This document shows, piece by piece, positions 12,702 to 25,954 of a stretch of DNA of 64,000 nt. How positions within the stretch are numbered: position 1 is the stretch's first letter; every line of letters starts with the position of its first letter. The notes beneath the pieces are model-generated. The model searched no databases and was not told the origin of the DNA. It worked only from the letters and a program-made list of their open reading frames with translations. The position numbers were made by a program, and so were the translations under genes. Source of the stretch: Paraphysomonas bandaiensis (lineage: Eukaryota > Protista > Chrysophyceae); the NCBI GenBank assembly GCA_965644295.1, contig CBFFRP010000072.1, forward strand, positions 1 to 64,000. Direction: 5' to 3'.

Positions 12702-12832
12702 ATATGCAGTGAGAACCCGGGAACCGCTGAACTAAGCAATGTGTACATAGGTAGAGGTGAGCGATCGCAGCAATCAGCAGCACCCACTAGAGGGCCGCGC
12801 GCAGTGATTAGTTACGATGTCAATATGGGGCA
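12702..12832 (+). mobile_element. MITE family A, 3' half
   Basis: Matches the family A 3' half, ending gtcaatatggggca. Confidence 0.8.
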
Positions 12833-13042
12833 CATTTCTATTAAAATCAATTCGAAAAGCAAGGAAGGGTTTGTATTTAATATTTAAACTAGGTTCGAAT
12901 ACTAAGTACTTCCGGGACCACAAATATTAACCGGATACTTGTAAAATTGTTGTGTACCATGTTAACACTTGATACTTAAATTATTAAAGAAATTGGTGCT
13001 ATGAATATACAGGTAAGATTTGAGAGCAAACGATTCAGGTTC

Positions 13043-13798
13043 TCAAATATCATCACCACCAGCAGATAGCATAACTCTGTTAGTGCCTGGCTCAAACGCA
13101 GGTTGACCGAGAAAAGGACATGAGGCACAACGGAAAGCATCGCCTTTGTAACAACTTCCACAGTTTGACTTAATAGCCGGTGCCTCATCTGCCTTTCCTG
13201 CTGCCTCAAGATCGGCAAGACCGCAAGAACAGTTCTTGCATGCCCTCCTCTTGCCTGGACCCTTTGCATCTGAACCACAACCTGCACCTGGGGTAATAAC
13301 TAATCCATCATCCAAAAGCTCATTTTCGTCAACCAAGTCATCCTCTGCCAAGTCCCCTGTATCCATTTTCCACGTGTTAGATGTGGATGCAGGAATATTA
13401 ATTGTTGCAGATTCTCCGGTCTCCCATGCTGGTTTCTCGCAAACAATAAATCTATCCCCCGTTGTCGGATCCTTCGCTGCCATCGCGTCGACAAAACCAG
13501 AAATCTGAAGATCTAAACATACTGCTTGTCCAGATTCACGATCTGGAATTTGGTGTTCCAAGAGCAGTTTTCCCTTTGGCTTTAACACTGGCAGTAATTT
13601 TTCCAATATTTCAGAGGTAGGAGTTACCCAGAACAAATACGCTTCATCGTAGTAAGATGCGGTAAGATTAGAGAGTTTCTGTAGATAGTCTTGACACTCA
13701 CAATCGATCGAGTCATATGCAATCCCACTAAAACGAGAATCTTCATTAGATTTATCTTGACTACCATTTGTAACAATAAGAACAGTTTTTGTTGACAT
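13043..13798 (-). CDS. CIAPIN1: Anamorsin / Dre2 Fe-S cluster assembly protein
   Basis: Methyltransferase-like N-terminus, then KRRACKNCSCGL and SNCGSCYKGDAFRCASCPFLGQPAF cysteine motifs. Confidence 0.95.
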   Translation of the reverse strand: MSTKTVLIVTNGSQDKSNEDSRFSGIAYDSIDCECQDYLQKLSNLTASYYDEAYLFWVTPTSEILEKLLPVLKPKGKLLLEHQIPDRESGQAVCLDLQISGFVDAMAAKDPTTGDRFIVCEKPAWETGESATINIPASTSNTWKMDTGDLAEDDLVDENELLDDGLVITPGAGCGSDAKGPGKRRACKNCSCGLADLEAAGKADEAPAIKSNCGSCYKGDAFRCASCPFLGQPAFEPGTNRVMLSAGGDDI

Positions 13799-14386
13799 TT
13801 TATTTAAAAAACTTATTCAAAGATTAATAATTTCAATGTTTTAATTTAGTTTTAAGGTTCAGTGGTGTGTTAGTGTGTAATGATTGCCAAGTGCTTATAT
13901 ATAGTACTGCTATAGGCGGCTAGAGGCTATATGTGTGTATAGTCACCTATACGTATATTTACATATACAGAGTATATTACTCATATATTCAACATACAGA
14001 CACACAGACACCAACCACTACCACTTATTTTCCAGAATCCCATGAAATTTCGTAGAAATATTGATGTTGAAGACTGAAAATAGTATCTGAGTTTTAGTGT
14101 TTTCAATGAAAAATAGAGGATTTTTACAAGTCCATATATGAAATATCTATGAATTTTGAGATATTATATAATTTACTGTCTAAAAATCCCATTATACTAG
14201 TAAACTACAGTGATTGGTGGTTTTAGATATGAATCGACCCATACTCCACACATACATATACATACATATATATACATAGCTATTGATACAGTGGTTATAT
14301 ATACATACATATCTCACACCCACTTATTCACCATAGCCACATATACCCACCTTATAATGAACCTCTAACGATACATCTCATTTAAC

Positions 14387-15566
14387 ATGGTTCTCGGGCA
14401 TACTCAAACAGTGCCTGTATCTGGCAATAGTCCACATTCCTCTCATAAAAAGCCTAATCAACCAGTAGTGAAAGAGACCAACTCATCACTACTTCGTCGT
14501 TTATCTGTTGCATTGAATATAAAAAAATCTTATTCATCTACTAGTAATTCATTCATTCATGACTATCGGACCGTGTATAGTGGTATTAAAGTGTTTCCCA
14601 CTTATAGAGTGAGAGCTCAGATCACTATATATGAGCACCCGAAATCACAATGTTTTGAAATATTATCACAAAATGTTGAAAATGAATCTATTCTGAATCG
14701 ATTGTATATAAAGGATTGTGATATATATTCTATATTAAAACAACGCGAGGTGATGTCCAAAGGGCAGTCACATAGTGACCAGCAGATAGCTGACAGTATT
14801 CTTGCTTTAATGGATATGTACACCTCGAAGGATCAACGGCAGTCCGTGGAATGTTATCGCCTTAACAGTAAGTGACAGATATATTCATGCACACTTTGTA
14901 TCTGATATTTTATTTCTGTGCTTCGTGTGTGTGCTGTAATTCATCAGCTCAAACTCTACAGCGGGAAGCATTCAGTATCCCAAAGCCGGCTACACTCAAC
15001 CCTGCTGATGGGCAGCATACGATAAGCACGCTTACTTCCACTTCACCGAAGGAACTTCCGCTGCATGCAGAATCGTTAGTGACAATCTCAATTATGTGAA
15101 ATGATGTGTATTAATTCTTTGTGCAGGGAGAAGCCAGCACCCATGCTACAAAAGATGAAGTCTCAGCCTTCTGTGATGGATATGCTTAAGTCTTTTGCTA
15201 ACATCAATAATTATAATAATAATACAAACTTTAATAGCGAGCACACAATGACAGGGTACGTACACTATTCTGACTTGCTATGCGTGATTGTCTAAAAGTG
15301 AACTGCTTTATAGGGAATCTGGTCAAGATGAATCACAAGGCCCAAAAGTCTTGCGTAGCACAAGCCGAGGGGGCAAGTATGGCCCAAGGAAATTCCGTAA
15401 ACTTGCGAGTGACGATCGATTGCATCTGCCAAATCACTTCACAGTTACAAAAATGCTCACAGCAGCCAGTGATCTGCGCAAAGCTGTCGCTCTGAAAAAA
15501 CAAAAGAGTAAAGTATACGCTGCTACGCCAGAAAAGACTGATACGGTTTCATTTAATGAAAATTAA
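14387..15566 (+). CDS. Hypothetical multi-exon protein
   Basis: Consecutive ORF segments separated by GT-AG introns (gtaagt ~14868, tgcag ~15126, gtacgt ~15256, ttatag ~15313). No recognisable domain. Confidence 0.5.
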
Positions 15567-17265
15567 GCCGTGGATATATATTACTGCCTTGCTGCACACA
15601 GCCTTTACGCTTATATTCGGACCATATCTTATATGCCGTCTCGTTTCTATTGCCAAAATAAATTACACAAGAATGATTTGCAGATTGTATACAGTATCAA
15701 TTTTGGAAGATGTTTATAAATATAGAATCAACGTCTGTTCAGTATTTCAATATAATATTAATATTAAACTTTACTGGTTTCAACATTTCACTCTTCCTAT
15801 TTGCTACTAGTTGTGTGATATTAAGAGAACGTTCGATACTTTGTAATTGTAGAACTGTGTGATGTGCCTTCGCGAATTTCTGTAAACGTACAATTCAGAT
15901 GAAAATCATTTCGAATTCACACTGCTTCCTACATGGAAAGGATAAATCTTTCTCAATAATTGGTTCAAAACAATGGGTGGGAAGCTGAGCCCCGATCGTG
16001 GAATGATCACAGCTGGTGCGCACCGAACACCATCCTATCTCGATGAAAACCTTGGCAGGAAGTAACATAGAAACACAAATGTACCTAACGCTGCATGGAA
16101 AACAGTGCTAGATTCTTCTTACAATATCATTGGCCTGAGCCAATAGAAACAAGACTAAGTATTAGATGTAAGAAAGCACATGGAACGTCTAATCACATTG
16201 CGATTGCCATGCTTTTAGAGAAAAGTTTTATGCATATCGAATGCCTTATTATATTAGCAGTAGACGTGTTAGCAAATATGTTAACTATAACGCTAGAAGT
16301 TATATGCACTACCTCGGCCATTGACCACAAAACTACAAATTATTTTGAACTCATATTTGGTATTGATTGTACAAGCCAGAAAGGATATTTATATATCTGT
16401 CACCTATTGCGCATAGGTAAATGTTTAACTTCAGCAGTTAGTCAGTAAAACGTCTTATTATTAGCAGTAGAGAAAATCATACGAAATAAAGCACGGGGAC
16501 TAATTTATTTCTAACTGGCCAACTACTTCACCCCTACACCAATTACAGTAATGCAAGCACCAACAAGAAGGTGCAATCATTTTTTGCTGTAGACACCAGG
16601 ACTTAACCAGCAGGTGGTAATACTCAAATAGTCTTCCCGGACCCCTATAAGCTGAATCCATACCTGGATTTCTATTCGTTAAGGCTTGTGAAGACCTGTA
16701 CACAAGAAACACTTCCCAATCAACATTGTTGGTATCGCTTTAGCTGATACCTTGAAAATCGGGGAGCCGCCGTTCAACCCTGGTTCTTATACTCAATATT
16801 TGACTACACTATAAAAGCTACGAAAAGGTAAAGGTACTTGGAATTTAGATATTTGTGACGTACTACGTTTCGTCGTGTCTATCGATCTATGTTTCTACTA
16901 CTGCTAAAACAAGAACTAGGACTGAGTATTACTGGAAGTGCTTGTACTCCTAGAAGAGTTAGTGACCCACTGGAAGTGCTTGTACATCTCTGCGAGTAGA
17001 CAAGAAAACGATACTTAGTCTGGTGGTCATTTGAAGGTAGCAAATCTACCGAATCACTGGAGCACAACGTTCATGGTATGTGGGCATCACTCGATGAGTA
17101 AAAGACGTAGGTCGAGTGGTTGGGTGGAGATATGGCAGCTATTGTTTGATCTTAACTAGTTTGGACGTATGTACATAACCAAATTGAAGCGCATTAAATA
17201 CAAATCTCATCAGAAAAATGATTACGTTAAGCCCACTTTCTATATATATGCTAAGTACTTGAAAA

Positions 17266-17866
17266 CCCTCAACATTGTCGGACTCACACCTTTCGTGGTG
17301 TTCTGGGGATAAGTACCGGAAAGATTTCTCCTTATTGTTCTGCCCACTCATAGCAAAATGCTTGTGTGTGGTACAAGGGACACTAATTAGTGGCACTTGT
17401 GTAGACGTCTTTGGGCCTTGACGACTACTCAGGCATCCGGGAATGGGTTCACCTCAATGGTAGCCGGGGTACTGGGCTGCCTGCTGAAGTCAAGCATCCG
17501 GGCTGTTCACCTTAAGACTCAAAAACCCTGAAGGTAGCAGATGTCAGATACATCAACATTGTGCTTGCTCACTGCGTTTGTTTTGAGTGATAGGGAGTGA
17601 AAGTGGTTGCACCTTGGTGCTTGCGTGCTTGCGCTGACGCACAAGCAGCTTTGATAGAGCTAAATAGTTGGATATATATATATTAAGCACTAGTTAGTTA
17701 AATTTCAATGCTACATTAGTTCAGACTCTTCAACGCCTATTCCTATATTGAAAGTCTTGTTATTTAACAATAGGCGTTAAAAATCTGCACCAATGTAGTG
17801 GCTAGTTGAATGCTAGATAGACTATGTAGACCTCTACCTATTCCTAATAGTGATTCATTCACTACT
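17266..17866 (+). mobile_element. Family B short retroposon (tail 1) with a nested 5'-truncated tail-2 copy at 17746-17836 (-)
   Basis: Starts CCCTCAACATTGTCGGA and is flanked by agtacttgaaaa / agtgcttgaaaa. The nested insert is flanked by the 10-bp duplication cctattccta (17736-45, 17837-46). Confidence 0.8.
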
Positions 17867-18207
17867 AGTGCTTGAAAACTACTTCGAGAACTACTCTCAA
17901 GTCAGAAGAAAAGTATTAAAAATATAAATTGTACTGCTTTTAGATACTATTGCCTTTAGGTTTTAGCAGCACATTTGTAAATATTCCCATCACATGTTAC
18001 AAACAGCAGCATCCATTGGTAAATAATTGAAATTATTATGCACACATACATTACGTACAAATGACAGTTATCTATTCGGCCAGAATACAAAACACCACAG
18101 CTATTCGACGTGTCACGAGATACAGTCTATAAAACAGCATTAATATATAACCTCGACGCTGAAAGACCAACGCATTAACAAAACAAAAGGTTGCATATAC
18201 GTGTATT

Positions 18208-21200
18208 CTATCTAACACCTCGTCCCCCGCGAATAGTATTCTTCTTTCTCCTGCGTAGCTTTTTGACAATCACGTAGAATTCCTTCAGTGCGTGATGATG
18301 ACGATACCATTTCTATTATTCCGAGTAATTAAAGCACAATCTAATAAAGAGTACAAATATACCTGAATCTGTCGTGCATACGCATTTCGTTTTTTCCACT
18401 GCTCTAAACTGGCCTCACGCTCTCGCTTTTCCGCATGATCTTTTTCAGCAAGATGTTGCATTCTGGTCAGCGCAACTGTGTCTATTTTGTCCTGATTGTT
18501 TCCAAAGAAATGCTTCATCATGACATTGTAATTATCTCTAAGGCGCTTATTTTGAGGATCACTTTTAAACGCACCCATGAAGGCGTCAAATGTCCCTGGG
18601 AAGTCACTATAAACTAAAAATCTACAGGCAGCATAGTTATGATATCCATCCGCATTGTCCTTCATATTGCACATATATCTAAAAAAACCGACATTAGCTA
18701 GTTCGAACATTTTTCCAGCTGTAACAGGAATGTCTTCGTATGGGACTCCTTCTCCTTTTCCACTGAGTTCCTTAGCTCGATGTCTTTGCTTTCTAATGTA
18801 ATTGTATTGCTTTGCTTCCGCAACGCGAGCTCTTTCGATTAACATCAAGACCTCTTCAAAATCTTGTTCGTGACAAACAAACGAAAATATGGCATAGGCA
18901 TATAAAACATGAGCAATATCCGGACCTTTAAAAGTCATTCTCCTCAACGCCTCCACGTAGAGTGGTCGCGCGCGGTCGTAATCGTTCTGTACCACATGAA
19001 CAAAGAGAGTGTAGTTGAACAAATTCCGATCAGAATCAGGGTGCTCCAGGTAATCCGTTTCGGCATTAACACATATCGTTGTGGCACGCACAATGAACAT
19101 ATACATTGTTCGCACACGGTGGCCTCTCCACAGAGACTGCAACTTCAAAGCAAGCTTAAGCTCTCCCGGCGTGTATCCCAACTCACGATACATACTTCGG
19201 GCCTTGAAATCTGCCATATCCAGCTGAGCCCATTCTTTCGGTTTGTCAAACGATATGGCATTAGTAACAATATTGCGATAAAAATATATATTCCTTGTTC
19301 GCGGATACAAATATTCTTCCATTACTCCGTTGACTCTCACCGGATACCCCGCAGCTTCCAGAACAGGCTCCCACTCGTGAAGTAGCTTTGGGGCATTAGC
19401 CGCTAACTTAAATATCATAGCAACTTGATTACGTTTGTAGCTTTTCCACGCGTTCCACACCATTCTCGCTAATTTCCGTTTGCTGTACTCATACCATAAC
19501 ACTTCATATGAGCCATCCCAATAATAAAAGTGGCATCGCATGGAATAGCCACGCCAAAGTGCCTGAACACGAGTTAATTTTCGGGCACGTAGCAGTAGCT
19601 TCCACTTTATCACTGAATCTCGAGCACGAATAAAAAATCTCGTTAAGGTGTCTATTCTTTCTTTTGCCTTCCTTTTACGTATGGCTAACATACAAGCCAA
19701 CTTCATTCGAATGATCTTATTGATAGCAGTCGCAGCATCGTAGATCCTAGCTTCTTCTTCTATAGCCTTTTGAGTTTCTTCATACTCTTTCAAGTACTCG
19801 TGTCTATTTAATGTGTTCTCCTCCTCTTGCAATTTAACCCGCATTCGCATTGGAATTTGCGCGCATTCAGCGACACGCATCACCTTGGATGATGATAAGA
19901 CCGGTGGATCTAGAGATATCTCCCCAGTAGAGTCATTCACGAAATGACGATGATTAGCCTCATCAACAACAACGCGCCATCCGTCAACTTCCATATCTAG
20001 CTCTTTGTCCCACCAGATGTCCCCAACACTATTGCGAACATCTGGTCCATCCATTTTGCTGAAATGATCTTCCAAGAATTTCTGGGCTTCGTATGCTAAA
20101 TGAAATTTAGCTAGCCCCAGTGGGGTTTGATGACTGTAATTTACTCGGCCGATATGTTCATCGTACTTCACTAGTACTTTCAAGCATGCAACATGGTTAT
20201 ATTGCGCCGCCATATGTGAAGGTTGATTGCCGTACTTATTTTGAAGAGAAGGTTCAGACCCGGCGTATAAAAACTCCTGTAAGCTAATCGCAGACCCATG
20301 CTGCGCAGCATAATGAAGGGGTGAGTTGCCCTCACTATCTACTGCATTGAAGTCAGCGTCTAACTCTCGAAGAGCATTTGCGATCCTACTACTGTTAGAA
20401 TATACACAGTGATGTGCTGCAGTACGTTGTGAATAATCTTGAATGGATATATCAGCTTCATGGAGTAAAATAACGTCAACAATATCTTCAAGGTTATTTC
20501 TACAGGCCATCATCAAAGGGGTCGTCCCTCCTTCACTCTCTTGACTATTCACCTCAGCCCCCTTTGCAAGAAGCATCTTCACGATGTTAAGATTTCCAGA
20601 AACCATCGCGTCGTGAAGAGGATACATACCACCGTAACCCTGCATATTACAATCTGCGTCGTAGTCTAATAAGCTTTTCACCAGTGGTTCGTAACCATTT
20701 GTACACGCGTACTGTAGACTCGTCGCGCCGTGACTATCTACTTGATTGACATTTAACCCTCGTTGCAGACATACATTTGCGATTCGCATACGGCCGTTCT
20801 CAGCAGCTAAGAGAAGTGCATTTTTTCCATCTGGTGTGAGTTGCTCATCATCAAATCCAACCCGCAGCATGTACTCAAATACGTCATCCCTATGGGTAGC
20901 AGAGGATAAAATCAGTAGATGCAGCGGAGAATAGCCTTGAGGATTGACCACAGTCGGATCGTGATGGAATCGAATAAGCAGTTTGATGCACCGTTTAGAT
21001 GCAGATTGTGAAGCATTATGCAAAGCCGTATTTCCATTTTCGTCTAATTGAAACGTCAGGTTGTAGTACTTCTCACAATAATACAACAATCGCTCATACT
21101 TGTTATTGGAAGCAGAGAAATGAATATCATCGATTCTAAGTCGTCTTAGTTTCAGTCGATAAGTGAAGCCCCTAACAACCCTTTGAACTGCTATGGCAGA

Positions 21201-24200
21201 CATGTGCCACTTCCGTACAAAAGACACAACAGTGATCGCAATGCGACGCCGGGCAATACACTGCAACTTGGTCATTCCACGTTTAGCGACGTAAAAATTA
21301 AACTCTTTCTTCTTTCCAATATACATTCGAACAACCGATTGAATTTTAGTAGCCATTTTAATTCTCCTTGCAACGTATAGTTTCGTCGTAGAAGTCCAGT
21401 GTAACCATGAGCGTAATACCTTGGTCTTAAGAGTTGCGGAATACATCAACCGAAATATTACGTTTACAGCACGTAGCAGTCTCCAATGGGCAAGCATTTT
21501 GTGTACAACTTTAGACATGTATATCCTTTCGAATCCGTGTGCTAAATCACCAAGCCTAACCCTCCTCTTCCGCATAATGTACACTTTACGCTTGGCTAAA
21601 TATCTTCGCACCGCAAACGCTATTCGAATTTGACAGCACCTCTCTCTCCAGTTAGTAAAAGTAGGTTCGACTAAGTGAACAAATGCTCTTTTTTTACACT
21701 CTCGACAGAATATTCTGTTTTCCTTCCACTTAGTCCAAGTCCGTAGAGCACGAGCCATTTTGCTATTGGAAATCGACTTATCACATTCAGCCAATATCTC
21801 GTTTTGAATTTCATGGGCCCTCTTCAATTTCGCAACTTTTGCACGTGCAATGGCTTGTCGCATAGCGCATTGTAAAATCAATGCACTATTATATCGCATA
21901 ACATAACAGTCCATAGAAAATTGTTTCAGAGTAGCTAATGCTCTTCGACATTTCGAAGCATGTACCGCCGCCCTAAACTCCTTCAAACGATACTCTTGAT
22001 AAGTCACATATCGCCATTCTCGTAAACAATGTACTAATGACGACCTTATTGCAGCTGCGCACATTTCTTCGACAGCTTCTTGGGTCCTTTCAGAGACATA
22101 TTCATATTCCTTGAAATCTAGAATATCGATTTCATCAGCTTCGACAGCGGAATGTTCACTCAATTTATCTGCAGTATGTACATCATTCAGCTGCATGTAC
22201 TCAATTTCATCACTTGCACTTTCGAGTACAGCATCCTGAACTAACTCTGTCTCCATTTGCCTTGCAGTTGTCGCAGTTGACTTTCCAGGCAATTTGCTTA
22301 CTTCGCATATTGTTGCAATTGCATCAGCAAAAATTGATTTGACTAAGGTTTCGGCTTCATCAGCTGCTATCACGAGCTGCATCTCAGGTTTCGAATCCGG
22401 AAAGCCGCTCTGTTCGCTATCGATGGCATGCTTCGTAATGATATTTTGAATGAAAGCCTCAGCTTCTCTACTTGCCAATTGCTGGCGCATCTCGGTCATA
22501 TCGACATCTCCACTAATTGTAGGAGTGGCACCATCAACATCTTCAACACAAGTGACACGGCCAATGGCCGCTAGTTTTCGAGCCTCACTTTCGAGTCTCT
22601 TTATCTGGGTTGCAATATCGACGTCCCAATCACTGTCATCTACGCCTTCGACTGCATGGTGAGTTGTGGATTCAGCACCATTGAAGCTAACATCTTCACT
22701 ACCAATAGTAGTTTCTTCTGTATTGGACATTAGCTCCTTCCGAGCTCGTTGTAACTCTAATTCTACTTCTTTGTCATCTTCGACAGGGGTGACTCGGATA
22801 TTTACGAAACCTTTCTTTAGAAACTCACAGCAGTTTTCATAATTTCCAGAGACCGCATTTACGATTTTCATAACTACGACATCTCTCCATTTCACATTCG
22901 AGGTCCCCTTCGCATTTAACACCGCTGGTCGCTTTGTGGGGTTAGTTGTAACTTTCACAGACATCCCTTGGACAGTGTTGTTCCATATGGAATCAATTTC
23001 ACTCAACAACTCCTTTCTTTTCTTTTTCAATCTTCTACAAGTGGCTTCAGCTCCAGATCTACAGCATCAGACAAATCACATTTCTACACCGGTTTCGAAA
23101 TGGAACTTACCTTTCACCTTCTGCCTCTAGTATACTAGTTCTCACACCTGCCAGCTCATTAAGATCATACCCTTTCAATTCTTGAGCTTTGATTGCATGC
23201 AATCCAGTCAGGGTAAGATCAGGAGTGAATTCCTTCCATTTTCTTTCTATTCTTTTCTTCTTTTTCTCCAGTTTGAGTATCTTGGCATTTATTTGTGACA
23301 GTTCAAGTTCCGCTGCTGCAACATCGGCATCTGCTTTGTTGACTTTCGCACAGTTGTTTTCATAGAAATTATGCAGAATAGATATCCCTTGCTCTGTGGA
23401 CATGCTCATTTTCTCTTCTTCCGTCAACCCAATACTACTAGTCTTGGCAGCGGGTGGAGCATAATAACTTAGTTCTGTGGTAACGACCCAGATAATAACT
23501 GCAGCAGGGATTACTCGTAGTCCATCCGCCATAATCCCTTCATATTGGCATGCATCAAATGCTTCCACGTCCTGGAGATATTGCAACATACGAAATATAC
23601 TAGCTTTCATATGAATCAGTGTTTCAGTCCAGAATAAACATTTTCGGATTAAATACTGTCTGATTTCGGGAGCGCAATTAGGAGTCAGCGTTTGACATAT
23701 CACATTAACTGTTCGCATATCTATTGCCAGCAACATTGTCTCAGGCATGTGTGCGTCATACACCAATCGGAAATTGAAAGGGAGTTTTACGGGACAATAC
23801 TTGGTAGCGTCAATGATATCAATAACATCAGGATCACTGTATGGATTAACATTTGTGGACTGGGAAGAAGACAGGAACGTGTGTCTACTGCGTAAAGAGG
23901 CAGATGTCTGGTCCACTTGGTACATACTAGGAGATGTTGAGACATCCACATCTTCAACGTGATGGGCCTGCTGCAAATAAGTATCTCTGAATCTGATCCC
24001 ACAAGCTTCTTGAACAACGTCTCTCACATGTAGAAACGTTGCCAAGCGATCCACATCAACCTCTTCCGAAAGAAAGGATGAAAATAACAGCACTCGTCCA
24101 CTACTGCACAACATATTTTCTTCCACATTCCGACAAGCAGATACTCGGTCCATCGCCTCACTTACACGGTCTAGAGCTAACAGTAACTCCATGCAAATCT

Positions 24201-24919
24201 GTGGGCATATATCCAACATACTGTTGCCAAATATTAGAAGAAAGTGACAAAATTATCACCAGTATATACGCACAACAAATGCACATCACAAGCAAGTAGC
24301 AACGATTTTCTTACCTGTACTTCTGCGCAATATAACGGCGTACAGCATGTGGAAAAGAGTCCATAGCACCTAGTTCTAATTCAAATCGTCGCCTCGTGCG
24401 AGCTTGGCACACAGGCTTGCAACAATCGCTGACTGCTGCATCATACGCTTCCTCGATTATACGTGCCAACCAGATGTCACTCCTGTTCTTGTACGCACTT
24501 ATATCTCTTGAGAACACCATGTCTTCACAAAACCTAGGATACTTCTTAATAAGCGAATCAATTTTTGACATCTTCCCAGCATTTAATTGGGGTATATCCT
24601 CGGATGTGCTGGTCTTCTGAGACCACTCACGGGCAACTTTTAAAGAAGTGTCAACCAGCAGAACACTATCAATAAAAGGTAGTGATATCGCTCTCTCCAT
24701 AGTTTCTTCGCGTGAAAAACTACTCGGTGGACGTCTCGCATCATCGGCAGTGGTTTGTTTCTTTCTTTTCTTCTTCCTGGACTTCGATTTAGATGCATGC
24801 GTCTTCAGTGTAGTGTCCACATATGCATACGGCGAGTCTGACTTGTTACGCTTACCATCAGATGACTTTGAAAGCATCTTTCGGATACTATCAAGTACAT
24901 CCGCTGTTTCTTTATCCAT
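18208..24919 (-). CDS. Large (~2,200 aa) ankyrin-repeat / IQ-motif / WW-like / TPR-like protein, about 4 exons
   Basis: ORFs 24311..24919, 23107..24219 and 18285..23030 are joined by short GT-AG introns. About 10 ankyrin repeats (GNTALH, GYSPLH, GNSPLH), IQ motifs (IQSVVRMY, VQALWRGY, LQSLWRGH) and WW-like segments. A last small exon ends at TAG 18208. Confidence 0.8.
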
Positions 24920-25954
24920 TTTCTAGAAATAACAAACTATACAACTATAATAAGTTGCTATTAATAGTTTTACTAGTCGATATATCACTATACATATATA
25001 TATGTAAGTACTGTATAAGATATACTCAATGAATGCGTACTGGTCATCCCGTACAGAGACCTTTTTATTCAAGTCATACTTTTTTGAACATTATTATTGT
25101 TTGTCAACTAGATAGTGAGTTGAATGTAAACTAAGTTCATAGTTGTATGTACTATGAAGGTGTGTGTATATTAAGTCGACTTAGTTATATAGATCACTGT
25201 AGAGTTAAGAGGAAGCGTGATTTTTCATATACAAAAATAAGTTTAGTTGAGGTCATATAGCAATCGTTTCATTTCTATTGATGAGTTAAAAGGGTGTTTT
25301 TTTACACTAAAAAGTGAAGAAATATGCTGGTTTTGTGTATTTAATTTCGTTTTTTTAGGTGATAATTATCCTTGTTTTCTACAGTGTGTATATTGTGTTA
25401 TACTGGGCGTATTTCTTGTATTCCACTGCTATTCTTTCCTATGTCTTACTCATGTCCTTTTTGACCTCGAAAAGCGTTTTTCTGCAAATCTATCCATTTT
25501 TATCATAAAATCAGCAATTTCTAAACCCGAATTTTCTTCTATAATCAAAACCATGAAAAAAGAATATCTATGAATATAATTCGCTGTGCTGATGTTATAT
25601 ACATCCCCTCCACACCACCGTATCATATGACTAGAAAAAAGAAGAAGTCAACAGGAACAATTCCTTATGATGATGTTGATACTTCGAAGTTCCCATCTAA
25701 CGAGTGTTTAAGTAGGAAGATAATACTATAATACTAACATACGTACTGAGATGGGGATACTTATAGGGATAATGTATACTACTACACGGTCTATAGATCA
25801 ACACTCAGTATATTAAGATCTACCATATTACCACATCAGTGTTACCATATAGAGACATCCCTACATTGATATGATATTCATATAATTCCATCTATTCTTA
25901 ATAGATTATAGTTTTCATTCATATCATACACGTGTTTATATAACATTCATATCA

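Noticed and set aside
15900-16080. Minus-strand segment (PIIEKDLSFPCRKQCEF) faintly like an Hsp70 substrate-binding region
   Set aside because: Too short and weak, with no supporting neighbouring exons.
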